From Hyalangium minutum (lineage in GTDB: Bacteria; Myxococcota; Myxococcia; Myxococcales; Myxococcaceae), in the NCBI RefSeq assembly GCF_000737315.1, contig NZ_JMCB01000003.1:20001-268000 (forward strand): a DNA stretch of 248,000 nucleotides, read 5' to 3'. The notes under the pieces are model-generated. The model saw only the letters and a list, made by a program, of their open reading frames with translations. It made no database searches and was not told where the DNA came from. A program made the position numbers and the translations under genes. Of the stretch, positions 170,114 to 179,583 are shown piece after piece (within the stretch, counting starts at the first letter, position 1; each line of letters opens with the position of its first letter).

Positions 170114-170551
170114 ATGTCGGACAAGGACAACAAGGGCAGCATGACGGTGGCGGAGGCGGGGCGTAAGGGTGGCGAGACCGTTCGCAACGAGCGAGGTCGT
170201 GAGTTCTACGAGACCATCGGTCGTAAGGGCGGTGCGACGGTCAAGGCCGAGCGGGGCCGCTCCTTCTACGAGGAGATTGGCCGCAAGGGCGGCGAGACCG
170301 TGAAGGCCGAGCGGGGCGCCAAGTTCTACGAGGAGATCGGCAAGAAGGGTGGCGACCGCGTGAAGGCCACCCGCGGGCCGAACTTCTACGAGGAGATTGG
170401 GCGCAAGGGTGGGCAGAAGGTGAAGAAGCTCATCGAGGAGGGCAAGCGCGCGGCCCGCGCGGCCATGGCCCAGTCGGAGAAGCCCGCCGAGGAGCCGGCC
170501 GCGCCTGCGGCCCCCGTGGCCGAAGAGGGCCAGGAGCCTCATCGCGAGTAG
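170114..170551 (+). CDS. KGG-repeat general stress protein
   Basis: Five FYEEIG(R/K)KGG-type repeats. Confidence 0.88.
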   Translation: MSDKDNKGSMTVAEAGRKGGETVRNERGREFYETIGRKGGATVKAERGRSFYEEIGRKGGETVKAERGAKFYEEIGKKGGDRVKATRGPNFYEEIGRKGGQKVKKLIEEGKRAARAAMAQSEKPAEEPAAPAAPVAEEGQEPHRE

Positions 170552-170590
170552 CTGCGTGACGCAGGGACACGGACCCGGTAAGAGGGGTGT

Positions 170591-170929
170591 GTGTTCCTCG
170601 TCATCACGCTGCTGGACCAGGTAGAGCAGCTCGAGCGGGCGATCCGCCGGCTCCGGGATTTTGGAATTCCGGAGCCGCTGGTGGTCCGTGCTCGGAGCGC
170701 GGCGGCCGCCCTGTCGGCCGAGGTGCCTGTCTTCGCGGGCCTGCGCAGTCTGGCGCTGGGCGCGGACGAGGATCGGCTTCTGCTCTTGAGCTTGCTGCCT
170801 CAGCCCAGCGCGGAGGAAGCCGAGCGGCTGATCCAGCGCGTCCAGTTGGAGATGGACGCGGACGAGCCCCCCATGGGGCGGCTGGTGGCGCTGCCGGTGA
170901 TCGCGGCCCCGCTCTTTCGCCGACCGTGA
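170591..170929 (+). CDS. Small PII-like hypothetical protein
   Basis: Ferredoxin-like pattern; upstream of the antiporter pair. Confidence 0.5.
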   Translation: MFLVITLLDQVEQLERAIRRLRDFGIPEPLVVRARSAAAALSAEVPVFAGLRSLALGADEDRLLLLSLLPQPSAEEAERLIQRVQLEMDADEPPMGRLVALPVIAAPLFRRP

Positions 170930-170962
170930 CGAGGGCGCCCGGGCGGTGTAAGCACGGGAGCC

Positions 170963-172165
170963 ATGCAGGCGCTGCTCGTCTTCCTCGCCATCGCGGCGCT
171001 CTCATTGCTTGCTTCAAGCCGGATCCTGCTGGATCCCAGCCGGTTGCCCGGTGTGGCCCAGCTGGCGGCCAGCGGGCTCACTTTCCTCGTCTTCGGTATC
171101 CTGCTGGGGCCGGGGCTCGTGGGTGTGCTTTCCCCGGTGGATCTCCAGGGGCTCCTGCCCGTGGTGTCCCTGGGGCTCGGCACGGCCGGCGTCATTCTGG
171201 GGCTGAACCTGGAGCCACGGCTCTTGCGGCGGCTGCCCCGGCCGGTGTTCTTCGCCGCCCTGGCTCACTCCGGGGTGGCTTTTCTTTTTGTCGCGGTGCC
171301 GCTGTCGGGCGCCATGCTGGTGACCACCCGGCTGCCCTTCGCGGCGGTGGTGGGCGGCGCGGCGCTGCTGGGCGCGGCGGCCAGCTTGTCCTCTGGCCAC
171401 TTCGCGGTGATGGGCTACCGGAGCGGGCGGATGGAGCGCTCGCGCGGGCTGGCCGTGGCGCTGCTGACCATGCTGGATGACGGGGTGGGGCTGATGGTGC
171501 TGGCCTTGGCCCTGGTGCTGGGCGCGGGGGCCAGCGTGGCCGAGGGCGTGGGGTTGGTGGCCCTGGCGCTCCTGCTGGGCGTAATGTGCGGCGCGCTGAT
171601 CGCTTTCCTCACGTATGCACTGAAGGACGTGGCCGAGCTGACGGCGGTGATGCTGGGCGGCGTGGCGCTGGTAGGCGGCGCGGCGGCGTACCTGCGCGTG
171701 TCAGCGCTGCTGGCGGGCGTGGCCTGCGGGGCGACGCTGGCGCTGGTGGGCGGCCGGGCGGTGGAGCAGGTGGCGCGGGCGCTCGGGCGCTTCGAGCGGC
171801 CCACCTATTTGATGATGGTGTTCCTCGCGGGCTGCTTCGTGCAGGCGCGCGACGTGGACGCGTGGGTGCTGCTGCCGGGGTACGTGGCGCTGCGGTTCCT
171901 CGGGAAGGTGTGGGGCGGCTCGCTGGCGCAGCGCTTCGCGGCGAACACGCTGGATCTGCCCTCTCAGCTCGGCTTCGCGCTCATTGCCCAGGGTGGGCTG
172001 GCGCTGTGCCTGGTGGTCCAGTACCTGCTGCTGGTGCCTGGGCCGCTGTCGCAGCACATCTTCGACGTGGTGGCCCTGGGCGCGGTGGTGAACGAGGTGC
172101 TGGCGAGCCGGGCCTTCCGGCAGGTGCTCGATCCGCACAGGCGGGCCCGGGAGGGCACGGCATGA
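170963..172165 (+). CDS. Cation:proton antiporter family subunit
   Basis: About 12 TMs, TMLDD motif. Confidence 0.75.
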   Translation: MQALLVFLAIAALSLLASSRILLDPSRLPGVAQLAASGLTFLVFGILLGPGLVGVLSPVDLQGLLPVVSLGLGTAGVILGLNLEPRLLRRLPRPVFFAALAHSGVAFLFVAVPLSGAMLVTTRLPFAAVVGGAALLGAAASLSSGHFAVMGYRSGRMERSRGLAVALLTMLDDGVGLMVLALALVLGAGASVAEGVGLVALALLLGVMCGALIAFLTYALKDVAELTAVMLGGVALVGGAAAYLRVSALLAGVACGATLALVGGRAVEQVARALGRFERPTYLMMVFLAGCFVQARDVDAWVLLPGYVALRFLGKVWGGSLAQRFAANTLDLPSQLGFALIAQGGLALCLVVQYLLLVPGPLSQHIFDVVALGAVVNEVLASRAFRQVLDPHRRAREGTA

Positions 172166-173460
172166 AGGGCGCGATCATCCGCTTGGGGCTGCTGGTCATG
172201 CTGCTGGCGGGCATCTCCCGGGTCCAGGAGTGGCGCGTGGACACCGGCAACTCGGTGATGCTGGCGGCCGGGGCGCTGCTGTTGTGCGGGCTGTTCGCGG
172301 GCAAGGTGGCCAAGGGCGTGGGGCTCCCGCGCCTCACGGGCTATTTGCTGGTGGGCGTGGTGGTGGGGCCCTACGCGCTGGGCTTCATCCCCGGCGAGGG
172401 CGTGAAGGGGCTGGAACTGGTGAAGGGGCTGGCGGTGAGCCTCATCGCCCTGGTGGCGGGCACGGAGCTGCACCTGGGGCTCATCCGCCGGGTGGGCACG
172501 AAGGTGGCCCTGCTGTGCACTGCCGTGTGCGGGGTGACGTTCGCGGTGTGCTTCGGGGCGCTGTTCGCGCTCAGGCCGCTGCTGCCCTTCCTCGCGTCCA
172601 TGACGGTGCCGCAGGCCCTGGCCACGAGCGCCCTGGTGTCCACCGTGGTGGTGTCCTTCTCGCCCACGGTGACGATCGCCATCGTCCAGGAGACCTCGGC
172701 GCGCGGCCCCTTCACCGAGTTCCTCATGGCCCTGGTCATCATCGGCGACCTGTTCGTCATGGTGGCCTTCGCGCTGGCGGCCGGTGTCACCCGCGCCAGC
172801 TTCGGCGGGGGCTTCGATCTCAAGGGGCTGCTGGGCGGGGTGGGGTGGGAGCTGTTCGGCTCGGTGGGGGTGGGGGCGCTGCTGGCGGTGGCGATGCTCA
172901 TCTACATGCGCCGGGTGAACCGGGAGCTGCCGCTGTTCCTGGTGGCCCTGTGCTTCGCGGCGGCCGAGGGCGGTGCACGGCTGCACTTGTCCCCGCTGCT
173001 GGTGTCGCTGTCGGCCGGGGCATTGATCGCCAACCTGGACGAGCGCGAGAGCCAGCGCATCCACCACGCCATCCAGATGGCGGGCCTGCCCGTGTTCGCG
173101 CTCTTCTTCGCGGCGGCGGGCGCGGGGTTGAAGCTGTCCACGCTGGTGACAGTGGGGCCGGCGGCGCTGCTGCTGGTGGCGCTGCGGGCGCTGGCCATCC
173201 ACCAGTCCTGCCGCCGCTTCGCGCCCGTCGAGGACCCCCGGCTGCGGCGCTACCTGTGGATGGGGCTCATCTCCCAGGCGGGCGTCACTTTCGGGCTGGC
173301 GGCGCTCATCTCGCGGACCTTCCCAAGTTTTGGGCCCCAAGTGGAGGTGCTCATCGTCGCGATGATTACCACCCACGAACTGGTGGGCCCCGTGCTTACC
173401 CGCCGGGCACTGGAGCGCAGTGGGGAAGCGCGAGGGGACGAACGCCCGCAGACAGCGTAA
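172162..173460 (+). CDS. Cation:proton antiporter family subunit
   Basis: About 12 TMs, GLPRLTGY, IIGD, SQAGV. Confidence 0.8.
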   Translation: MKGAIIRLGLLVMLLAGISRVQEWRVDTGNSVMLAAGALLLCGLFAGKVAKGVGLPRLTGYLLVGVVVGPYALGFIPGEGVKGLELVKGLAVSLIALVAGTELHLGLIRRVGTKVALLCTAVCGVTFAVCFGALFALRPLLPFLASMTVPQALATSALVSTVVVSFSPTVTIAIVQETSARGPFTEFLMALVIIGDLFVMVAFALAAGVTRASFGGGFDLKGLLGGVGWELFGSVGVGALLAVAMLIYMRRVNRELPLFLVALCFAAAEGGARLHLSPLLVSLSAGALIANLDERESQRIHHAIQMAGLPVFALFFAAAGAGLKLSTLVTVGPAALLLVALRALAIHQSCRRFAPVEDPRLRRYLWMGLISQAGVTFGLAALISRTFPSFGPQVEVLIVAMITTHELVGPVLTRRALERSGEARGDERPQTA

Positions 173461-173484
173461 GCTAGGCGTTTCAGGAGAACCGGC

Positions 173485-174096
173485 TTGGCAGCGCCCATCA
173501 TCGAAGTAGACATTCAACACCCCCAGCCTCGGCATATTGCACGCGCAGTGCAGGTCCTCGAGCGTGGGGGCGTCATCGCCTATCCCACCGACACGTACTA
173601 CGGCCTGGGGTGCGACCTGATGTCGAAGAAGGCCATCGAGCGGCTGTACCAGCTCAAGGGGCGCGACAAGAAGAAGCCGCTGTCGTTCCTGTGCCCGGAC
173701 CTGTCGGACGTGGCGAAGTACGGGCACGTGAGCAACTTCGCCTACCGGACCATGAAGGGGCTGACGCCGGGAGCCTTCACGTTCATCCTCGAGGCCACCC
173801 GCGTGGTGCCCGAGATCATGATGTCGAAGCAGAAGCAGGTGGGCATCCGCGTGCCGGATGCGCCGCTGGCCCGGGCGCTGGCCGCGGGGCTGGGCCGGCC
173901 GATCATCACCACCTCGGCCAGCGACAGCGAGGGCGAACCTCTCATCGACGCCAAGGACATCAAGGAGAAGCTCGGACACGGATTGGATCTGATCCTCGAC
174001 GGAGGCGTGACGCTCATGGAGCCGTCCACGGTGGTGTCGCTGATTGGCGACTCGCTGGAAATCCTCCGCGAGGGCAAGGGCCGGCTGGACGCCTAG
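173485..174096 (+). CDS. Sua5/YciO/YrdC family protein
   Basis: YPTDTYYGLGC, KGRD, PGAFT, TTSA. Confidence 0.88.
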   Translation: MAAPIIEVDIQHPQPRHIARAVQVLERGGVIAYPTDTYYGLGCDLMSKKAIERLYQLKGRDKKKPLSFLCPDLSDVAKYGHVSNFAYRTMKGLTPGAFTFILEATRVVPEIMMSKQKQVGIRVPDAPLARALAAGLGRPIITTSASDSEGEPLIDAKDIKEKLGHGLDLILDGGVTLMEPSTVVSLIGDSLEILREGKGRLDA

Positions 174097-174145
174097 GGGC
174101 AGGGGGAACGGCTTGGTCGATCTGCATGGCTCGCACGAGGCGTCA

Positions 174146-175132
174146 ATGGATGCGCCGGAGCGCATCCCCGGGATGCTCTCGCTGTTCTGGATGCTGCTGT
174201 GGCGGCCGGTGGATCTGCACTACCGGCTGCATGGCGCGGGCATCCGGGCCCCGGGCGGGCGTGTGGGGCAGCTCTGGCACGAGCAGGCCGAGGGCAGCCG
174301 CGCCGCGGGCCGCTATGTGCGGCGGATGATGATGTTGCTGCTGCTCATCTCTCCGTTGGTCACCTTCATCCTGGGCGTCGGAGTGCATGGCCTGGGGCTG
174401 ACGATGGCGCCTGGGTGGCTGGTGAGCGCGGTGCTGTGCTCGGTGATGGGGTTGTTCATTGCGCTCACCACGGGGCTGGCGGCTGGGACGTTGATGGGGC
174501 TGCTGGCCAGCCAGGCCATGGTGGTGGGCCTGCATGCGGTGGTGGGAGAGGCGTTCGGGCCTCGCATGGGAGGGTGGGCCGGCGTCGTCATGGGCGGATG
174601 CCTGGGGTTGGTGGGAGGGCTGTGCGCGGGCAGCATCGGCGCGCTCTCGCGCGGCCAGGGCCTGTCGATCAACCGCGTCCAGGTGGGCGCCATCGTGCTG
174701 AGCCTGGTGCCGATGACGGTGTGGGGACTGGGTGGGGCGTGGGGGTTCGGGGGCGCCGTGGCGGCGAGCGCGCTGGTGGCGTACCTGGTGGCTGCGTTCC
174801 GGCTGCCCATCTTCCTGTTGGAATCCGTGGTGCAGGCGGTGGTCTTCGCCCTGGAGCGGTGGATGGGCTGGGCCACGCTGCGGTGGGCTCCCATCAATCA
174901 CCACAACCTGAGCTACCTGCCATACCCCTTCCTGGCCGAGCACATGACGCTGGCGGCCCGCACGCGGCCCATGGAAGTGTTGGATGTGGCCAACGCGTGC
175001 CTGAAGTCTCCGGGCAACGCCCTGCTGGGGTGGCCCTGGGTGTTGGCGGCGCTGGCGCAGGCCGAGGAGGCGGCAGCGGCGGCAGCGGCGGCGCATCAAG
175101 CGCACGAAGAGGGGCCTCCCGAGGCGCCGTGA
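174146..175132 (+). CDS. Gly-rich multi-TM hypothetical protein
   Basis: Several TMs; HHNLSYLPYP motif. Confidence 0.6.
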   Translation: MDAPERIPGMLSLFWMLLWRPVDLHYRLHGAGIRAPGGRVGQLWHEQAEGSRAAGRYVRRMMMLLLLISPLVTFILGVGVHGLGLTMAPGWLVSAVLCSVMGLFIALTTGLAAGTLMGLLASQAMVVGLHAVVGEAFGPRMGGWAGVVMGGCLGLVGGLCAGSIGALSRGQGLSINRVQVGAIVLSLVPMTVWGLGGAWGFGGAVAASALVAYLVAAFRLPIFLLESVVQAVVFALERWMGWATLRWAPINHHNLSYLPYPFLAEHMTLAARTRPMEVLDVANACLKSPGNALLGWPWVLAALAQAEEAAAAAAAAHQAHEEGPPEAP

Positions 175133-175168
175133 GGTTGCCAAGGCGCGCTGCTCCGCTACCCTGACGCC

Positions 175169-176110
175169 ATGGAAGGGCTGCTCGATGCATTCATCGCCTT
175201 CATCCGTGCCGAGCGCGGACTGTCCGGCAAGACGGTGGACGCCTACGCCGCGGACCTCACGGTGTACTTCGAGGATCTGCGTGCGCGCGGCATCCTCGAT
175301 GTGGCGCGGATGACCAAGGAGGACGTGGTCGAGCACTTGCGGCGGCTTGGGCAGCGCGGCCTGTCGAGGCGCAGCCAGGCGCGGCACCTGGCGGCCGTGC
175401 GGGGCTTCCACCGGTTCCTGATCGCGGAGAAGCTGGCGGAGAAGGATCCCACCGAGGACATGGACACGCCTCGGTCCGAGCGCAAGCTGCCGTCCTTCCT
175501 CACGCTGGAAGAGGTGGAGCAGCTGCTGGCAGCGCCGGACGAGCGCCATCCCGAGGGCCTCCGGGACAAGGCGATGCTGGAGCTGCTGTACGCCACGGGC
175601 CTGCGCGTGAGCGAGCTGTGTGGCCTGGGCATCAACGACGTGCAGCTGGGGGCGGGCTACCTGGTGGCAAAGGGCAAGGGCTCGAAGGAGCGTGTCGTCC
175701 CGGTGGGCAGCAAGGCGGTGGAGAAGGTCCAGGAGTACCTGGAGGGGACGCGGCAGCTGCTGCTGAAGCAGAGCGACTCGCGGGCCCTCTTCGTGACGCG
175801 CCGGGGCGGCCCCTTCACGCGCATGGGCTTTTGGAAGCTGCTCAAGCGCTACGCTCTCAAGGCGGGCATCCGCAAGCCGCTGTCGCCCCACAAGCTGAGG
175901 CACTCGTTCGCCACCCACCTCGTGGAGCGAGGGGCGGATCTGCGAGCGGTCCAGGCCATGCTCGGCCATGCGGATCTGGCCACCACGCAGATCTATACGC
176001 ACGTGAACAGCGCCCGGCTTCGTGCCGTGTACGATCAGCACCACCCTCGGAGCGACTCTGCTCCGCCTGTGCCTCGCCCGAAGAGACGCCGGGCCGAGGC
176101 TGGGGGCTGA
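175169..176110 (+). CDS. xerD: Tyrosine recombinase XerD
   Basis: ELLYATGLRVSEL, GKGSKER, HKLRHSFATHL, MLGHADLATTQIY. Confidence 0.95.
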   Translation: MEGLLDAFIAFIRAERGLSGKTVDAYAADLTVYFEDLRARGILDVARMTKEDVVEHLRRLGQRGLSRRSQARHLAAVRGFHRFLIAEKLAEKDPTEDMDTPRSERKLPSFLTLEEVEQLLAAPDERHPEGLRDKAMLELLYATGLRVSELCGLGINDVQLGAGYLVAKGKGSKERVVPVGSKAVEKVQEYLEGTRQLLLKQSDSRALFVTRRGGPFTRMGFWKLLKRYALKAGIRKPLSPHKLRHSFATHLVERGADLRAVQAMLGHADLATTQIYTHVNSARLRAVYDQHHPRSDSAPPVPRPKRRRAEAGG

Positions 176111-176163
176111 AATTCCCCGGGCAGGAGGTTTGAGGAAGGCCCAGGTGCATCTACTCTGGGGAG

Positions 176164-176985
176164 GTGACTTCCCGCCTCTTGCGTTTGCCAGCCTCGGGCC
176201 GGCTTCTGGCCGCCACGGACATCCAGGGCAACCTGCGGGATTTTCAGCGCATGCTGGCCCTCTTCGAGGAGTCTCCGCACGATAGCGTCCTCGTCTTCAC
176301 CGGGGATCTGATCCACGGCCCGGACGAGTACACGGAGGACCACTGGCCGGACTACCTCGGCACGCCCTACAAGGATGAGTCCCCGGAGGTGGTGCGGCTG
176401 CTGGCGGAGGCGCAGGCGCGTTACCCCGGCCGGGTGCACAGCCTGCTGGGCAACCACGAGCACTCGCACGTGGGCGGCCCGCGCACCGCCAAGTTCCACC
176501 ACGACGAGGCCCAAGCGCTTGAGGAGCGCATGAGCCCCGAGGACGCCGAGTCCATGCGCGCGCTCTTCCGCCAGTTCCCGCTGGTGGCCGCCGCGCCCAA
176601 CGGCGTGGTGCTGCTGCACGCCTCGCCCTCCGCGACGCTGAACCACGTCGATGAGTTCAAGTCCGTGGAGTTGGAGGGCTATGCTCATATGGGCATCGAA
176701 GAGTTCTTCCACATCCCCGTGCTCGGGGCGACGCTGTGGAGCCGCATGGCGCTGCCTGAGCAGGCCCGTGCCTTCCTGAAGCCGCTGGGTGGCCGCATCG
176801 CCATCTATGGCCACGACGTGGTGCGCGAGGGCTACGAGAAGGTGGGGGACGAGCAGCTCTGCGTCTCCACGAGCTTTGCCCTCTTCGACAAGGACAAGGT
176901 CTACGTGGAGCTGGATCTCTCCAAGACCTATCCCAATGTGCACGCCCTGCGGGACGGTGTGGAACTCAAGAGGCTCCACGGCTGA
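176164..176985 (+). CDS. PPP-type metallophosphoesterase
   Basis: TDIQG, GDLIH, GNHE, GHD. Confidence 0.85.
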   Translation: MTSRLLRLPASGRLLAATDIQGNLRDFQRMLALFEESPHDSVLVFTGDLIHGPDEYTEDHWPDYLGTPYKDESPEVVRLLAEAQARYPGRVHSLLGNHEHSHVGGPRTAKFHHDEAQALEERMSPEDAESMRALFRQFPLVAAAPNGVVLLHASPSATLNHVDEFKSVELEGYAHMGIEEFFHIPVLGATLWSRMALPEQARAFLKPLGGRIAIYGHDVVREGYEKVGDEQLCVSTSFALFDKDKVYVELDLSKTYPNVHALRDGVELKRLHG

Positions 176986-177047
176986 GCTCATTGCAAGGAA
177001 TGGCCTCCCGGACGCAGGGACTGCGAGGCGTGCTATGGTCCCGTTCC

Positions 177048-177863
177048 ATGCAGCGCTCGATCCTCTCTTGGCAGGGCTTTTCGGTGCTCGCCGCTGCTAT
177101 CACACTGGAGTGCACGCCCTCCGGTGTCATCAGGCCCGACGAGGAGACGCAAGATCCCGACATCGTACGGCCTTCTTCTAGAGAGTCACGCTTGGAAACA
177201 CTTCCAGGACCGATGCTCGGCCCATTTGACTCCTACACCACTGCGCTTGAAACCGCCTGCGAGCACTTTCTAAAGAAACCCCATTCGAGCGCCGGACGTA
177301 AACCGCCCTCCACAGCCCTCCGTGAGGAGCAAGTTGCCTTTGAGCTGCGCTGGCGGGTATCCAAAGAGTATTGCGCCTGGATGTATTATACCCCCGATGG
177401 CAAATACAAGATAAGCAAACTGACAGACGTCACGAAGTCCAACGCCTTCGGGAAGAAGGTGAACTGCCTCATTCCTTCGAAAGTAGAGGACCGTGATTAC
177501 CCATCAGACAGCATCAAATACGTCTTTCTCCTCCACAGCCACCCATACGACACACCCATCTCCGAGGACGACATCCTCTTTCTCGAGCGTGAAGGAGAGC
177601 GACACGGCTTCGACCCCGAAACCCAGGACAGAAAAAAACTGAGAATTTCCATCGTCGCCTTTTTCTCGCACGACGACGGCGCCCCCGCTTGCGATGGCTT
177701 CTACATCTACTCGGCCCAAACCACTCGGATCTTCAAATGGACTCGCACCCAAGGCCATCTCGCCTGCGAGCAGACTCATGTTGTCGATTGGCGTGACTAT
177801 GACAACTTCGATCTGAGCATCACTTCGTCAGTGGCGCCCTGCCCGGGCAAGGGGACTCCATGA
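177048..177863 (+). CDS. Exported protein with a JAB/MPN-like domain (putative toxin)
   Basis: EYCAWMY..LHSHPYDTPISEDD; more AT-rich codons than the flanks. Confidence 0.6.
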   Translation: MQRSILSWQGFSVLAAAITLECTPSGVIRPDEETQDPDIVRPSSRESRLETLPGPMLGPFDSYTTALETACEHFLKKPHSSAGRKPPSTALREEQVAFELRWRVSKEYCAWMYYTPDGKYKISKLTDVTKSNAFGKKVNCLIPSKVEDRDYPSDSIKYVFLLHSHPYDTPISEDDILFLEREGERHGFDPETQDRKKLRISIVAFFSHDDGAPACDGFYIYSAQTTRIFKWTRTQGHLACEQTHVVDWRDYDNFDLSITSSVAPCPGKGTP

Positions 177864-178516
177864 GAACTCCATGCCTCCTGGTTTGCATCATCTTATTATT
177901 GAGTTGTGTGAAGAGCCCCATGCCCCCTCAGCCGTCGTCAGGGGAAGATGAGTCTATTGTCTTTCCAGATTTCTCCGGCCCGGTCTCCAATGTGGTCAGT
178001 CAGTCTGGGGGGGCATATGATGTGGATGGCGCGACGCTGCAGGCCCTTGTGACCGCACTCAGCGATTTCCTGCCGACGGATTCCCAAAACCCTTCGTGCT
178101 GGAACAGACCCGATGCCTGGCGCTACCGGGTCATCCGCCAAGAAAATACCTTCTTCATTCGCATCCAAGCAGATCCGGCTTTTTGCGCGGGCAAGATCAT
178201 GATGCTGGACTCTGGCGCGAAATACGCGATCAGCAGTGATGGCCGAATCCTCCGACGCTTGTTCACAGGTCAGCCGGACTGGACCACGGGTTCGGAAGCT
178301 TCGGGAACTGGTGACGGCCCAGGAGATGCCAGCACGAGCAAGCCTCCTGTTGATGCCGATATTGCTGGCGTTTTGGAGTCGACCTGGAGCGAGTCTCGGG
178401 TATGGCCGGATGGAGGGGTCAAACAATCTGGCGCGAAGCCACAGCATGAAGGTCTTGGCACTCTGGATGGTGGTATTCCTCTGGACGGCGGGGAACTCTC
178501 CCCTCCAGTCAGGTGA
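177860..178516 (+). CDS. Lipoprotein (putative partner/immunity)
   Basis: Lipobox LLSC; ATGA overlap with the upstream gene. Confidence 0.6.
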   Translation: MRTPCLLVCIILLLSCVKSPMPPQPSSGEDESIVFPDFSGPVSNVVSQSGGAYDVDGATLQALVTALSDFLPTDSQNPSCWNRPDAWRYRVIRQENTFFIRIQADPAFCAGKIMMLDSGAKYAISSDGRILRRLFTGQPDWTTGSEASGTGDGPGDASTSKPPVDADIAGVLESTWSESRVWPDGGVKQSGAKPQHEGLGTLDGGIPLDGGELSPPVR

Positions 178517-178601
178517 CCTGCTCTTCTCCGGAGCGTCCCTCTTCACGAGGATCGTCTCCAGGCAAGGGCGCAATTCTGCTGAAGTTTTCGCACCGCCCGG
178601 C

Positions 178602-178627
178602 GCGGGTTCGATTCCCGCCTCCTCCAC
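178602..178627 (+). mobile_element. tmRNA/tRNA 3'-end fragment (att-site-like scar)
   Basis: GCGGGTTCGATTCCCGCCTCCTCCAC: T-arm plus acceptor-strand half, no 5' half and no CCA. Confidence 0.6.
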
Positions 178628-178742
178628 TTTTTCATACTGGCCCACTCCGCTTTCGCTTGGTGCCGGGGCGTGCTGGTCCGCTCCAGCGGAGAGTCCGCGC
178701 AGCCTTGACCGCGGCATCTCGCTGGATTGAAAGGAAGTGGCC

Positions 178743-179582
178743 ATGCGTCTCCGAACATGCAGCGCACTCCTGCTCTTGCTCCTACTCCCGGCCTGCGCCA
178801 CGACGGCGCCGAGCCCGGATAGCGCGGTGCCCCCCAACCAGAGGATCGCCAACCTGCAGAGGGCGGCGCAGTACCCCTGGACGGATGACGGGCAGTGCGT
178901 GGTGCGAGAGGCCTCCAACGAGTGGGAGGTTTTGGCGAAGCGATGCTTTCACGCTCTCGACCCGAAGAAGATCCAGTTTCGAGATGTGACGGGAAGATGC
179001 GCTCTGGCCTCGGCGGGGGCGGCTGTCGTGGGAGTGGGGCTCTGCATCTTTGTGGCACCCGAGATCATCGTGGGCGCGATCATCATCACTGGCGCCGTGG
179101 TGGTGGCAGTCGTCATCAAAGAGGAGTTAGACGCATATGAGCGAGGGGCATCCCGTGAGCGTGGGAGACCCAAGACTCAGACACGGCCATCCACTGAGCA
179201 GGAACCCGTGTCGAATCGGAAGCCCAAAGCGGAAGAGTCCCCATTGGGTAGGGATTGGTTTCCCCCAGACCCGCCAGTCTCCTCGGACCCCCATGATCGC
179301 CGCCCCGAGTGCACGCCCAGACGGGCTTCTCATCGTGGCGGCAACGACCCGCACAACGACTGCGCCGACTTCATTCCGCAGAACAGCTTTCCCGGCTGGG
179401 ATGTTCTCGTCAATGGCAAGCACTTCGATGCGCTGCAAGGGGCCACGCGCACTCTTTGGGAGGTCAAGACCGACAATTTCGACACGTACACGGACGACCT
179501 CAAGGACATCGTGGTCAGAAGTCAGGTGCCAAAGTTGCGGGACGAGCGCGCCCTCGCGATCGTCGTCATGGACTGGTGCTGA
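178743..179582 (+). CDS. DUF6310-like lipoprotein toxin, C-terminus internally shortened
   Basis: Lipobox LPAC; GKHFDALQ..LWEVKT; ends ERALAIVVMDWC. Confidence 0.7.
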   Translation: MRLRTCSALLLLLLLPACATTAPSPDSAVPPNQRIANLQRAAQYPWTDDGQCVVREASNEWEVLAKRCFHALDPKKIQFRDVTGRCALASAGAAVVGVGLCIFVAPEIIVGAIIITGAVVVAVVIKEELDAYERGASRERGRPKTQTRPSTEQEPVSNRKPKAEESPLGRDWFPPDPPVSSDPHDRRPECTPRRASHRGGNDPHNDCADFIPQNSFPGWDVLVNGKHFDALQGATRTLWEVKTDNFDTYTDDLKDIVVRSQVPKLRDERALAIVVMDWC

Positions 179583-179583
179583 G

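Noticed and set aside
175169-176110. Tyrosine recombinase as a prophage or ICE integrase
   Set aside because: The sequence and scpAB-rluB neighbourhood fit chromosomal XerD; no phage or conjugation genes are present.
178560-178640. Complete tRNA or tmRNA gene
   Set aside because: Only the T-arm and 3' acceptor strand are present; no D-arm, anticodon arm, complementary 5' end or CCA.
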